45,232 nucleotides of DNA, from NCBI GenBank assembly GCA_045534435.1, contig JAZSJS010000165.1, forward strand, positions 1 through 45,232, read 5' to 3'. Made by a program: the position numbers and the translations under genes. Below, one piece after another: positions 8,482 through 18,096 of this stretch. Under the pieces are notes generated by a model that was not told the origin of the DNA, did not search any database, and was given only the letters and a program-made list of their open reading frames with translations. Each line of letters begins with the position of its first letter. Positions within the stretch are counted from its first letter, which is position 1. The stretch is from Eubacteriales bacterium. Its GTDB lineage: Bacteria > Bacillota > Clostridia > Oscillospirales > CAG-272.

Positions 8482-9846
8482 ATGGAGAGAGGCACAACAG
8501 TCGGCGTTGAAAAAATCGTTGCGCTTTTTGATGCCGGAACCTTTGTCGAGACCGGTGCTTTCATGCAAAGAGCAAACGGCGACTTGACGGGTGTCGTTTG
8601 CGGCTACGGCGCAATCGACGGCAAGCTGGTCTATGCATTTTCGCAGGACAGCGACCGAAAAAAAGGCGCATTTGATGCAATTCAAGCCGAAAAGATCGCC
8701 ATGCTTTATCGTATGGCAATGAAAAACGGCGCACCCGTGATCGGTATGTTTGACAGCGCGGGAGCCGTGGTTTGCGACGGCGCTTCGGCAATGTCGGCTT
8801 ACGGAAAGCTGCTCAAGGCAGTGAGCGACGCGTCGGGAGTGATTCCGCAGATCGCGATCGTTTCGGGTATTTGTATGGGTATGTCCGCAACCGTTGCGTC
8901 GATGTTCGACGTGATTGTCACGGTGAAAGAAAAATCCTTGCTTTCTGTCAATGCTCCCTTCGTGGTGGGCAAGGACGTCGGAAGCTCCGAGGCGGTTGCC
9001 GCAGGCGGTCTTTCCTCTCTGGAGGCAGAGAACGATGCAGACGCGATGCAGAAGGCGGCAAAGCTGGTTTCCATGCTTCCTTCCAACAACGCAGAGGGCG
9101 TGATCGTTGAGGAGGTCAACGATGACGTGAACCGCAAGCTCGCAGCAGACGGTGTCGTTGGAAAGGCGCTTGTGGAGGCAATTGCAGACGCAGGAGAGTT
9201 CGTGGAGCTTGGTGCGGTCTATGCCCAAGAGCTTCTGACCGGACTGATCCGCCTGGGCGGTGTTCCGTGCGGCGTGGTTGCGAGTAATCCCGAGGTGAAC
9301 AACGGAACGCTCACCGCCGACGCGGCCAAGAAGGCAGCGAGAATGATTTCGTTCTGTGACAGCTTCTCGATTCCGGTTCTGACCTTGACCGACAGCATCG
9401 GTGTGGAGGTTGGCAAGGATGCCGAGAACGCACCGCTTGCCGCACAGCTGGGCAAGCTTGCGATGGCATATGCATCCGCAGACACAGCGAAGATCACGGT
9501 CGTCACCGGCAAGGCATACGGCGCGGCATTCACCCTGATGGGCTCAAAGGCACTCGGCGCCGACATGGTCTATGCGCTTGAGGACGCAGAGATCAGTGTG
9601 ATGGCTCCCGCATCTGCAGTGGCGTTCCTTTGGAACGATCGCATCACCGAGGATCGCACGCGTGCGGATCTTGAGAACGAGTGGAAAGAGAAGCAGGCAT
9701 CTGCCGCAGCGGCAGCAGCCGACGGAAGCATTGATGATGTGATCAATGCCGCAGAGCTTCGCCAGAGAATCTGCGCGGCGGTCTATATGCTGCTGATGAA
9801 AAACGACGGAACGCCCGCACGCAAGCATTGCAATCTTCCTCTGTAA
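8482..9846 (+). CDS. Acyl-CoA carboxyltransferase (methylmalonyl-CoA decarboxylase alpha / transcarboxylase 12S-like), divergent
   Basis: GVVCGYGAIDGKLV, SGVIPQI, LPSNN, ISFCDSFSIP, KAYG, C-terminal RKHCNLPL; SD GGAGG. Confidence 0.88.
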   Translation: MERGTTVGVEKIVALFDAGTFVETGAFMQRANGDLTGVVCGYGAIDGKLVYAFSQDSDRKKGAFDAIQAEKIAMLYRMAMKNGAPVIGMFDSAGAVVCDGASAMSAYGKLLKAVSDASGVIPQIAIVSGICMGMSATVASMFDVIVTVKEKSLLSVNAPFVVGKDVGSSEAVAAGGLSSLEAENDADAMQKAAKLVSMLPSNNAEGVIVEEVNDDVNRKLAADGVVGKALVEAIADAGEFVELGAVYAQELLTGLIRLGGVPCGVVASNPEVNNGTLTADAAKKAARMISFCDSFSIPVLTLTDSIGVEVGKDAENAPLAAQLGKLAMAYASADTAKITVVTGKAYGAAFTLMGSKALGADMVYALEDAEISVMAPASAVAFLWNDRITEDRTRADLENEWKEKQASAAAAAADGSIDDVINAAELRQRICAAVYMLLMKNDGTPARKHCNLPL

Positions 9847-9865
9847 TGCACGGAGGTAAACGAAT

Positions 9866-10267
9866 ATGATGAATACTGTTTTTGCCTTGGCGGCAAACGG
9901 CATGAGCTGGTCGGAGCGCGCCTCCACTGCGGGAAGTGTCGCACTCCAGGGAATGCTCGCAATTTTTGCAGTTCTTGCCATTTTGTGGGCGGCTGTGGAG
10001 ATCATGCACAAGTGCCTGAACCGTGAGGAAAAAGAAAAAACGTCAGAACAGCCGAGCAAGGCATTGGCCGCGGCTGTACCGAACAATCCGGATGCGGCAA
10101 TTGCCGCCGCCATCGCAGCCTCTCTTGCTGCGTGCGAGGACGACGGAGCCGTCGTTGCGGCAATCACTGCTGCGATTACTGCCGCACGCGCAGAGGAGGG
10201 AAATGACACCCCCTTCCGCGTGGTAGCATTCAAGAGAGCAGCATCCAATGCCAAGAGACGATTCTAA
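9866..10267 (+). CDS. Na+-translocating decarboxylase gamma/delta subunit (OadG family)
   Basis: Single TM helix (GMLAIFAVLAILWAAV), VVAAITAAITAA, FRVVAFKR; operon context. Confidence 0.8.
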   Translation: MMNTVFALAANGMSWSERASTAGSVALQGMLAIFAVLAILWAAVEIMHKCLNREEKEKTSEQPSKALAAAVPNNPDAAIAAAIAASLAACEDDGAVVAAITAAITAARAEEGNDTPFRVVAFKRAASNAKRRF

Positions 10268-10328
10268 AAAACAAAACGATATACTAAAATCAAATTTATA
10301 TTTTAAGAAAGGTTTTATGGTGATCAAA

Positions 10329-10733
10329 ATGAAAAACTATCGCGTAACTGTTAATGGAGTTGTATATGACGTTGTTGTGGAAGAAATGAACGGTGCCGTT
10401 CAGGTTCCTTACGTAGCTCCGGCTCCCGTAGCCGCCCCCGCCCCCGCTCCTGTAGCTGCCCCCGCACCTGCAGCCGCTCCTGCTCCTGCAGCAGCACCCG
10501 CTCCCGCCGGCAAGGCAGGCGCAACCGCCATCAAGGCTCCGATGCCCGGCACGCTGATCAAGGTCAACGTCAAGGTCGGAGATGCCGTCAAGAAGGGCGA
10601 CGTGCTTTGCGTGCTCGAGGCAATGAAGATGGAGAACGACATCATGGCTCCCGCAGACGGTGTTGTCGCTTCGGTTGAGGCAAGCCAGGGTGCCAACGTT
10701 GCAACCGACGCGGTTCTGGTCACGCTGAACTGA
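10329..10733 (+). CDS. Biotin carboxyl carrier protein
   Basis: YRVTVNG N-terminus, Ala/Pro linker, APMPG and EAMKMEN biotinylation motif; alternative start 10317. Confidence 0.95.
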   Translation: MKNYRVTVNGVVYDVVVEEMNGAVQVPYVAPAPVAAPAPAPVAAPAPAAAPAPAAAPAPAGKAGATAIKAPMPGTLIKVNVKVGDAVKKGDVLCVLEAMKMENDIMAPADGVVASVEASQGANVATDAVLVTLN

Positions 10734-10782
10734 TTCCTTTTTCAATTTTGATCTCAAATTTTGTAGAAAGGAAACGTCTTCC

Positions 10783-12123
10783 ATGAATATACTTGAAAGT
10801 TTGAAAAACTTTTGGGAAACGACGGGAATCTATCGGCTCATCAATAGCATGGATGCTGCTATGTGGCAAACGCTTTTGATGTTCGTGATCGTCGGCATTC
10901 TGGTCTATCTTGCCATCGTCAAGAAGTTTGAGCCGTTGCTCCTTCTCCCGATCGCGATCGGAATGCTTTTGACAAACCTGCCCGGCGGCGGTATGTTCCA
11001 TTCGGAATTTTGGTTTTGTGACATCACCGAGCTCAATGCGATGCTCGAGGAGCTGAAGGTCGCTTACTTCACGGGCGACGCTTTGCGCTTCAACGAGTTG
11101 GCGGCGACATTTGCTCAATATGAGGAATGGTTCACCTTTGCTTATGACGAAATGGGCATGATCACCGATGCGTACGTCAATTATTCCAACATCTTCCAGC
11201 ACGGAGGACTTTTGGATCTGCTTTACATCGGCGTCAAGACCGGAGTCTATCCCTGTCTGATCTTCATCGGCATCGGTGCGATGACCGATTTCACCCCTCT
11301 CATTTCCAACCCCAAGAGCTTCTTGATCGGCGCGGGTGCACAACTTGGCGTTTTCATTGCTTTTGCGGGCGCTTTGCTTTCCGGATTCTTTACGCCACAG
11401 GAAGCCGCTTCGATCGGCATCATCGGCGGTGCTGACGGTCCGACGGCAATTACGGTCACCAAAACATTGGCACCGGCGCTTCTCGGCGCAATTGCCATCG
11501 CCGCATACTCCTATATGGCGCTGATCCCCATGATCCAGCCGCCTGTCATGCGTCTTTTGACTACCGAAAAGGAGAGAAAGATTAAGATGACCGCGCTTCG
11601 CAAGGTCTCGACAGTCGAAAAGGTCATTTTCCCGTTGCTTGTAACCGTCATCGTCGCTTTGATCGTTCCCAGCGCGTTGGTTTTGATCGGATGCTTGATG
11701 CTGGGTAATCTGCTCAACGTTTGCGGTGTCACGGGACGTCTTTCCAAAACTGCTCAGAATGGATTGATGAATACTGTTACCATCTTCTTGGGTATCAGTG
11801 TCGGTGCAACTGCGGTTGCAAAGAACTTCCTGAGCGTGCAAACCTTGCTCATCATTGTTCTCGGCTTGGTTGCTTTCATGATTTCGACCACGGGAGGATT
11901 GCTTACCGCAAAAATCATGAACTTCTTTAGCGGCGGAACCATCAACCCCCTCATCGGATCTGCCGGCGTTTCTGCCGTTCCGATGGCGGCGCGCGTTTCG
12001 CAGAAGGTCGGTCAGGAGGAGGATCCCTCCAACTTCCTGCTCATGCACGCAATGGGTCCGAACGTGGCGGGTGTCATCGGTTCTGCTGTTGCCGCGGGCG
12101 TTCTGCTTGCAAACTTCCTTTAA
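10783..12123 (+). CDS. oadB: Na+-translocating decarboxylase beta subunit
   Basis: FEPLLLLPI, GAMTDF, IGIIGGADGPT, AAYSYMAL, GVSAVPMAARV, MGPNVAGVIGSA. Confidence 0.95.
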   Translation: MNILESLKNFWETTGIYRLINSMDAAMWQTLLMFVIVGILVYLAIVKKFEPLLLLPIAIGMLLTNLPGGGMFHSEFWFCDITELNAMLEELKVAYFTGDALRFNELAATFAQYEEWFTFAYDEMGMITDAYVNYSNIFQHGGLLDLLYIGVKTGVYPCLIFIGIGAMTDFTPLISNPKSFLIGAGAQLGVFIAFAGALLSGFFTPQEAASIGIIGGADGPTAITVTKTLAPALLGAIAIAAYSYMALIPMIQPPVMRLLTTEKERKIKMTALRKVSTVEKVIFPLLVTVIVALIVPSALVLIGCLMLGNLLNVCGVTGRLSKTAQNGLMNTVTIFLGISVGATAVAKNFLSVQTLLIIVLGLVAFMISTTGGLLTAKIMNFFSGGTINPLIGSAGVSAVPMAARVSQKVGQEEDPSNFLLMHAMGPNVAGVIGSAVAAGVLLANFL

Positions 12124-12147
12124 TTTTTTGGATAGGAGTCTCATATT

Positions 12148-13545
12148 ATGGCTAAAGTGAAAATTACAGAAACCGTTCTTCGCGACTCTCACCAGTCGCT
12201 GATTGCAACGAGAATGACCACCGAGGAGATGCTTCCGATTCTCGAAACGATGGACCGGATCGGCTATCACTCGCTCGAGGCATGGGGCGGCGCGACCTTT
12301 GATGCTTGCATGCGCTTCCTCAACGAGGATCCTTGGGAGCGTCTGCGCAATATCCGTGAGAGCGTGAAGAACACCAAGCTTCAGATGCTGTTCCGCGGAC
12401 AGAACATCCTGGGCTACCGTCACTATTCCGACGACGTGGTCGAATACTTCGTGCAGAAGTCGATCGCCAACGGTATTGATATCATCCGTATCTTCGACGC
12501 ACTCAACGATCCCAGAAACCTCAAGACCGCGATCAACGCGACCAAAAAGGAGCAGGGACACGTGCAGGCCGCGTTCTCCTACACCACGGGACCGGTTTAT
12601 ACCCTGGAATACTATTCCAAGTACGCAAAGCAGCTTGAGGAAATGGGCGCGGATTCGATCTGTGTCAAGGACATGGCGGGCCTTTTGAAGCCCTACGATG
12701 CTTACGAGCTGGTCAAGACGCTGAAGGAATCGGTCAAGGTGCCGATCCAGCTGCACACGCACTACACCTCCGGACTTGCTTCCATGACTCTGATGAAGGC
12801 TGTCGAGGCAGGCGTCGACGTGATCGACACTGCGATCTCTCCCATGGCAATGGGTACCTCTCAGCCCCCCACGGAGGCGATGGTTGCCGCACTGCAGGGA
12901 ACCGAGTATGATACCGGTATCAGCCTTGAGGCATTGGATGCCGTTACGAAGTATTTCACCCCCCTGCGCGAGAAATATCTTGCATCGGGTCAGCTCAACC
13001 CCAAGGCACTCAAGGTCGACGTCAACGCACTGCTGTATCAGGTTCCCGGCGGAATGCTCTCCAACCTGATGAGCCAGCTGGCACAGGCAGGGAAGTCGGA
13101 TCAGTTGACCGAGGTTTTGGAGGAGGTTCCGCGCGTTCGTGCAGACGTTGGCTATCCTCCTCTGGTCACGCCGTCCTCGCAGATCGTCGGAACACAGGCT
13201 GTGTTCAACGTGATCATGGGCGAGAGATACAAGCTGGTGACCAAGGAATTCAAGGGCATCGTGCGCGGCGAATACGGAAAAACGCCGGTTGCGATCGATC
13301 CCGCGTTTGTCAAGAAGATCATCGGAGACGAGAAGCAGATCACTTACCGTCCCGCAGATGATCTCAAGCCCGAGCTCGAGCAGCTTCGCTCCGAGATCGC
13401 GCAGTATATCGAACAGGATGAGGACGTTCTTTCCTACGCACTCTTCCCGGAGGTATCCAAGAAATTCTTTGAGTATCGCAAGGCAAAGAAATATCAGCTT
13501 GACGCAGAAAATGCCGACAAGAGCCTCGGCGTTCACACGATCTGA
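12148..13545 (+). CDS. oadA: Oxaloacetate decarboxylase alpha subunit (carboxyltransferase only, no biotin domain)
   Basis: LRDSHQSLIATRM, WGGATFD, KDMAG, LHTH, PGGMLSN, LVTPSSQIVG. Confidence 0.95.
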   Translation: MAKVKITETVLRDSHQSLIATRMTTEEMLPILETMDRIGYHSLEAWGGATFDACMRFLNEDPWERLRNIRESVKNTKLQMLFRGQNILGYRHYSDDVVEYFVQKSIANGIDIIRIFDALNDPRNLKTAINATKKEQGHVQAAFSYTTGPVYTLEYYSKYAKQLEEMGADSICVKDMAGLLKPYDAYELVKTLKESVKVPIQLHTHYTSGLASMTLMKAVEAGVDVIDTAISPMAMGTSQPPTEAMVAALQGTEYDTGISLEALDAVTKYFTPLREKYLASGQLNPKALKVDVNALLYQVPGGMLSNLMSQLAQAGKSDQLTEVLEEVPRVRADVGYPPLVTPSSQIVGTQAVFNVIMGERYKLVTKEFKGIVRGEYGKTPVAIDPAFVKKIIGDEKQITYRPADDLKPELEQLRSEIAQYIEQDEDVLSYALFPEVSKKFFEYRKAKKYQLDAENADKSLGVHTI

Positions 13546-13556
13546 TCAGGCTTCGG

Positions 13557-13596
13557 AAAGCGCCTCAAACGAGTATTCGTTTGAGGCGCTTTTTTT
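13557..13596 (+). terminator. Rho-independent terminator
   Basis: AAAGCGCCTCAAACGA-gtat-TCGTTTGAGGCGCTTT plus T run. Confidence 0.9.
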
Positions 13597-13706
13597 GATG
13601 AAAATATGGACGTCGGTATTTACTTTTTGGTTGGATTGTGATATAATAGATTTATGAAAAAGCTTGCGAAGCCGTTGGGCTTTGCAAAAACAGGAAAGGA
13701 GTCGGA

Positions 13707-14351
13707 ATGACAACCCTAATTATCGTTCGACACGGGCAGAGCGTCAGTAATCTGCAAAAACGCTTTACCGGACAGCATGAAACGGTTTTGACCGAGCTCG
13801 GACATTTGCAGGCGGAAAATACGGCGCGTTTTTTGGAACAATATCCAATCGATCGCATCTATTCGAGCGATCTGACGCGTGCCATGGAGACCGCGCGGCA
13901 CACCGCAACGCGTCGCGGAATGGAGGTCATCCCGGACGCAGGCCTCCGTGAGATCAATGCGGGCCTTTGGGAGGGGATGGAATATCAAGCCATCAGAAGC
14001 ACCTATACGGAGGATTATCAGGTCTGGCTGAACGATTTGGGAAGATCGCATCCAACCGGTGGGGAGAGCGTTCGTCAGCTTGCCGCACGCATTTATGCCG
14101 CCACCGAGCGCATCATTGCGGAAAATCGCGGAAAAACGGTTGCGATCTTCACGCATGCCACGCCGCTTCGGATGCTCGGATGCCTTTGGCACGGTCTGCA
14201 GCCCGAGGATGCCATGCAGATCAATGGGTGTGCCAATGCTTCGGTTTCGATCGCGGAATATGAGGACGACGGAAGCTTTCGATTGGTGCTGTACGGATAC
14301 GACCGCCATCAGGGTGAAAACGTGACCGAATTGCCGCGAGGACTGGTTTGA
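13707..14351 (+). CDS. Histidine phosphatase (phosphoglycerate mutase-like) family protein
   Basis: VRHGQS, SSDLTRA, LREINAGLWEG, GGES, FTHA. Confidence 0.92.
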   Translation: MTTLIIVRHGQSVSNLQKRFTGQHETVLTELGHLQAENTARFLEQYPIDRIYSSDLTRAMETARHTATRRGMEVIPDAGLREINAGLWEGMEYQAIRSTYTEDYQVWLNDLGRSHPTGGESVRQLAARIYAATERIIAENRGKTVAIFTHATPLRMLGCLWHGLQPEDAMQINGCANASVSIAEYEDDGSFRLVLYGYDRHQGENVTELPRGLV

Positions 14352-14387
14352 GGCGGATGACAATTTTGAGAGAAAGGAGCGCACACG

Positions 14388-15083
14388 ATGGCGCGTAGGA
14401 GATTCGATAAAACCAAGTGGAAAAGGATCGGGAACCGGCTCGGCTCGTTTTGCCGCCGTGTGCTTTTTCCGGCTTTTCTTGCGATTCTGATCCTTGGGCT
14501 TTTGCTTGCCGGGATGGCATTGACGGTCAGTGCTGCCGTGTGTCATAAAACGCAAGACCGTATTCTGGATCAAAGGGCACTGCTTGAGACGGGACTTGAT
14601 TTTGATTGCATTCTGGTGCTCGGATGCCGCGTTTATTCCGACGGGACGCTGAGCCCCATGCTTTCCGACCGCGTGGAAACCGCCGCAGCTCTTTGGTCGG
14701 CGGATGCTTGTGACCGTTTGCTCATGAGCGGGGATCACAAGGAGGAAAGCTACAACGAGGTCGATCCGATGCGACTTTCGGCGGAGGCGCACGGTGTGTC
14801 TTCCGATGCCATTTCCACCGATCCGTTGGGGCTTTCTACCTATGACAGCATCATGCGCTTTGCCGCCGAGAATCCGGGCGCGCGTGTGATCATCGTGACA
14901 CAGTCTTATCATCTTTACCGCGCACTCTATCTTGCCGAGAAGGCGGGATTGGATGCCTATGGCGTCAGCGCGGATCTGCGACCTTACAGAGATCACGTCA
15001 AAAACAATCTCCGTGAGATCGCCGCACGCTGCAAGGACGTTTATTATGCCGAAAAAAGACCTGCTGTAGCGGGAACAGATTGA
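14388..15083 (+). CDS. SanA/YdcF (DUF218/ElyC) family membrane-anchored protein
   Basis: N-terminal TM helix, ILVLG, LSDR, LMSGD, YNEV, GLSTYDS, VTQSYHLYRA, LRE. Confidence 0.9.
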   Translation: MARRRFDKTKWKRIGNRLGSFCRRVLFPAFLAILILGLLLAGMALTVSAAVCHKTQDRILDQRALLETGLDFDCILVLGCRVYSDGTLSPMLSDRVETAAALWSADACDRLLMSGDHKEESYNEVDPMRLSAEAHGVSSDAISTDPLGLSTYDSIMRFAAENPGARVIIVTQSYHLYRALYLAEKAGLDAYGVSADLRPYRDHVKNNLREIAARCKDVYYAEKRPAVAGTD

Positions 15084-15126
15084 CGTTGTCGCCACGCTTG
15101 AGACCGAATAACCTTGCATTTTCCAT

Positions 15127-15172
15127 AAAAAGCGTTCACGCCAAGGCATCGACCGAGGCGTGAACGCTTTTT
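15127..15172. terminator. Bidirectional terminator
   Basis: AAAAAGCGTTCACGCC / GGCGTGAACGCTTTTT between convergent genes. Confidence 0.85.
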
Positions 15173-15369
15173 TATATTTGTTTTTGAACGCTTTTGTATT
15201 CGTCGTAATAACGGTAGTAAGGGCATTCGCGCGTCTGCCCGGACAGAAACGATCCCATTTCGTCCTGATCGAGATTCATCCGGCAAACGTAGGCATCCCA
15301 ATCCTCGTCGTAATCGTAAAACACACAGCTCTCACATGAGACAGCCGTTTTCTTTTTGCTTGATTCCAT
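15172..15369 (-). CDS. Small Cys-rich protein, DUF6472-like
   Basis: CESCVFYDYDED..YVCRMNLDQDE..CPYYRYYDEY pattern; SD AGGAAG; last gene of ireB operon. Confidence 0.75.
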   Translation of the reverse strand: MESSKKKTAVSCESCVFYDYDEDWDAYVCRMNLDQDEMGSFLSGQTRECPYYRYYDEYKSVQKQI

Positions 15370-15381
15370 AAAAGACTTCCT

Positions 15382-16743
15382 CTATTTCTTCTTTCTTTGA
15401 TTCATGGAGAGGGGCGGATTCATTTTTTCGCTGAAATATTTATCCCACTTGTGCTTTTTGCGGATCTTGATGACGTATTCCGTGGTGATCCAAGCGATCA
15501 AGCCAATCGCAAAGAAGATCACACCTGCGCGGACGGCACGGCTTTGCGTCAGAGACTGAATGTTCATCAAGCCGCTCACAAAGCTGCTTCGCTCCGCACT
15601 CGCGGCGGTGTAAAGCGGAACGGTACCGAGCAGCTCGCCCCTGTAAAGCACGGCGGCATAGCCGACAGGCATCCCTTCCTCGACGGGCGCCTCGAGCGAG
15701 GTGTAGGTCAAGCGGATGCTATAGGTGATCTCTTCGCCCACGGTCAAGCCTGTGGGGAGATAGCAGGTCAGAGTGGTGTCGGTTTTGACCTCGACCTGTG
15801 ATGTCATGTCGGATACCGTAACGGGAATGGTGCAAAGAACCGTGTCGGCGGAGATGACGTCCATGTATGTGTAGGTCTTATATACCCAATCGATCAGGCG
15901 GTTGGCGATGACGTAACCGTAGTTTACGGTGTCGGTGACCTCGCCCCCCATCACGATGCAAAGATAGCTTTCCTTTCCGTTGGTTGCCGTCGTCACCACG
16001 CAGCTTCCGGCAAGCGTGGTGTATCCCGCGCTCATGCCGCGGCATTTCGAATTGTAATATTGCGTGGTGGACTCGGAATAGATCAAAGCGTTGCGATTGG
16101 AGACCGAGCCAAACTCGGCAAGAGAATAGCGCGATGTGCTCGAGATCTGCATATAGAGTTCATTCCGGCTTGCCGCACGTGCGATTTTTGCAAGATCCTC
16201 TGCCGTGGTCGTGGAGCGGTCATGCACACCGCTGACCTCCTTGCAGAGCGTGTTTTGCGCGCCGAGCTCCTTGGCGCGGGCATTCATCAGGTTCAAAAAC
16301 TCCTCAGCGCTACCCGCCACGACGCAAGCCAGAATGTCAAAGCAATCGTTGTAGCTGCCGCAGATCGCCGCGTAAAGCAGCTGCCTGACCGTCAGGGTGT
16401 TTCCCTCATTGATGGTGGGGGAGCATTGCCCCGCGGAATCCTTCGTCATCTCATACGTCACCGTGACCAATTCGTTTTGCCTGTCTGCCAACCGCTCACA
16501 GGCGATCAGTCCGGCAAGAACCTTTGTGGTGGAGCCGGCGGGAATCGGTACGTTTTCATTTTTTGAGCAGATCAGAGTGTCGCTTTCCAGATGATAGAAA
16601 TAGACTGCCGATGCTTCGTCCGTGGAGGGAAGCTCGATCGGCTCTGCCACGGATGGGATCGGGAAGGAGAAAAAAAGTGTCAGCGCCGCGAGCAACGCAA
16701 GCAATATTCGGATCGTTTTGCGCAGGGATCGCAAGTGCCTCAC
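15382..16743 (-). CDS. D-Ala-D-Ala carboxypeptidase (peptidase S11, DacA-like), degenerate third motif
   Basis: Signal peptide, STTK (SxxK), SYN (SxN), LMNARAKELG, LEAPV PBP5-C domain, C-terminal TM; SAG at the KTG position. Confidence 0.88.
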   Translation of the reverse strand: MRHLRSLRKTIRILLALLAALTLFFSFPIPSVAEPIELPSTDEASAVYFYHLESDTLICSKNENVPIPAGSTTKVLAGLIACERLADRQNELVTVTYEMTKDSAGQCSPTINEGNTLTVRQLLYAAICGSYNDCFDILACVVAGSAEEFLNLMNARAKELGAQNTLCKEVSGVHDRSTTTAEDLAKIARAASRNELYMQISSTSRYSLAEFGSVSNRNALIYSESTTQYYNSKCRGMSAGYTTLAGSCVVTTATNGKESYLCIVMGGEVTDTVNYGYVIANRLIDWVYKTYTYMDVISADTVLCTIPVTVSDMTSQVEVKTDTTLTCYLPTGLTVGEEITYSIRLTYTSLEAPVEEGMPVGYAAVLYRGELLGTVPLYTAASAERSSFVSGLMNIQSLTQSRAVRAGVIFFAIGLIAWITTEYVIKIRKKHKWDKYFSEKMNPPLSMNQRKKK

Positions 16744-16750
16744 ACTCCTT

Positions 16751-17674
16751 TCAGTATTCTTTCGCTGCGCGGATGTCGGTCTGCAGCTGCAGCCGCAGCT
16801 CCTCCAAGGTATTGAATTTTTGCTCCGGACGCAGGAATTTCAAAAATGAAACCGTTACCTCGCGTCCGTAAAGCATTTCATTGAACTCCAAAAGATGGGT
16901 TTCGCAATTGACACGCGCGTCGGCATCGACGGTGGGATGAACGCCGACGTTGGAAACGCCTCTGTAATGTCTGCCGTCGATCTCGCAATCGGTGATATAG
17001 ACTCCGTGGCGCGGGATCAGCATGCCGTCGGGGAAGGATTGATTGACGGTGGGAACGCCGATGGTGTGGCCGAGCGCCTTTCCGTGAAGGACCGCGGAGG
17101 TCAGGGAATAGGGGCGCGTCAAAAGCTTTGCAGCCGCCTCGGCTTGTCCATCCAGCAAAAGACGTCGGATCTCGGTGGAGCTGACGGTTTTTCCGTCCTT
17201 TTTGATCTCTTCCTGAATCGCAACGGGCGCATTCAGAAGCCTTTGCAGTGCTTCGGGTGTTCCGTTTCCGCCTTTCCCGAATCTGTAATTGAATCCGCAA
17301 ACTGCCGCAACGCAGTGACAGCCTGCCTTCAGGATCTCGTCAACGAACTGCGCGGGCGATAGGTTTCTGAGTGCCGAAAAATCGGCAAGAAACAGATATT
17401 CCATGCCATACCGCGAAAAAAGAGCCGCTTTTTGCTCTGTGGTGGAGAGATGCGGCGGCGGTGTTGCGAGCAGAAGATCCGATGAGAGCAGGGAGAAGCA
17501 AAAAACTCCGCAAGCGGCAGCGGGGAAGGAGGCTTCGCGCAGCTGTGACGCCCTTGTCAGAAGTGCCTGATGCGCCAAATGCACGCCGTCAAAATTTCCC
17601 AGGCAGAGCACACAGGCATCGGGCGGCGAGACCTCTCTGCCGTCGGCGAGCGAAATGCAGGTGAAGACAGACAT
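16751..17674 (-). CDS. ribF: Bifunctional riboflavin kinase / FAD synthetase
   Basis: GNFDGVHLAHQ, GFNYRFG, VSSTEIR, GVPTVN, GVY, ETHLL, LRPEQKF. Confidence 0.95.
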   Translation of the reverse strand: MSVFTCISLADGREVSPPDACVLCLGNFDGVHLAHQALLTRASQLREASFPAAACGVFCFSLLSSDLLLATPPPHLSTTEQKAALFSRYGMEYLFLADFSALRNLSPAQFVDEILKAGCHCVAAVCGFNYRFGKGGNGTPEALQRLLNAPVAIQEEIKKDGKTVSSTEIRRLLLDGQAEAAAKLLTRPYSLTSAVLHGKALGHTIGVPTVNQSFPDGMLIPRHGVYITDCEIDGRHYRGVSNVGVHPTVDADARVNCETHLLEFNEMLYGREVTVSFLKFLRPEQKFNTLEELRLQLQTDIRAAKEY

Positions 17675-17676
17675 GA

Positions 17677-17922
17677 TCAGTTCAGCTCCAGATAATTTTT
17701 GACCAGTTCGCCCATCAATTCGTCACGGTCGATCTTGCGGATCAGGGCGCGTGCGTTTTTGTAATTGGTGATATAGGTCGGGTCCTCGGAAAGCAGGTAG
17801 CCAACGATCTGGCCGATGGGATTGTAGCCCTTTTCACTCATTGCCTCGTAAACGGCGCGAAGGATCTCGCGTGAGGTGGTGGGCTCTTCCAAAGAGAAAA
17901 CTTCATTTTTTTCCATGTTCAT
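17677..17922 (-). CDS. ireB: IreB/ReoM-family regulatory phosphoprotein (UPF0297)
   Basis: [36 protein letters not shown]. Confidence 0.93.
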   Translation of the reverse strand: MNMEKNEVFSLEEPTTSREILRAVYEAMSEKGYNPIGQIVGYLLSEDPTYITNYKNARALIRKIDRDELMGELVKNYLELN

Positions 17923-17965
17923 GAAATGTTACTCCTTTCTGTATCAAAGGGGTGCTTTAATTAAT

Positions 17966-17994
17966 ATTATATATGAATTCTCATTGATTTTCAA
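17966..17994 (-). promoter_or_regulatory. Sigma-A promoter of ireB-ribF-dac operon
   Basis: Minus-strand TTGAAA-17 bp-TATAAT. Confidence 0.7.
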
Positions 17995-18034
17995 GGCTTT
18001 TTTGCAAATAATTGTTTTTTTCAAGCGCTTTTAC

Positions 18035-18063
18035 TTGACGAATTTCGATTTTTGCAGTATACT
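18035..18063 (+). promoter_or_regulatory. Sigma-A promoter
   Basis: TTGACG-17 bp-TATACT. Confidence 0.7.
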
Positions 18064-18096
18064 GAATATAAAACAGAGAAAAGGCGGTTTGGAATA

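Noticed and set aside
10410-10510. GC-rich repetitive DNA in the BCCP gene
   Set aside because: Ordinary Ala/Pro flexible linker of biotin carrier proteins.
10720-13536. 938-aa minus-strand ORF spanning oadB and oadA
   Set aside because: Antisense shadow of two strongly codon-biased genes that share a frame; no motifs. Readthrough fusion of oadB-oadA is also unlikely because two in-frame stops (TAA, TAG) separate them.
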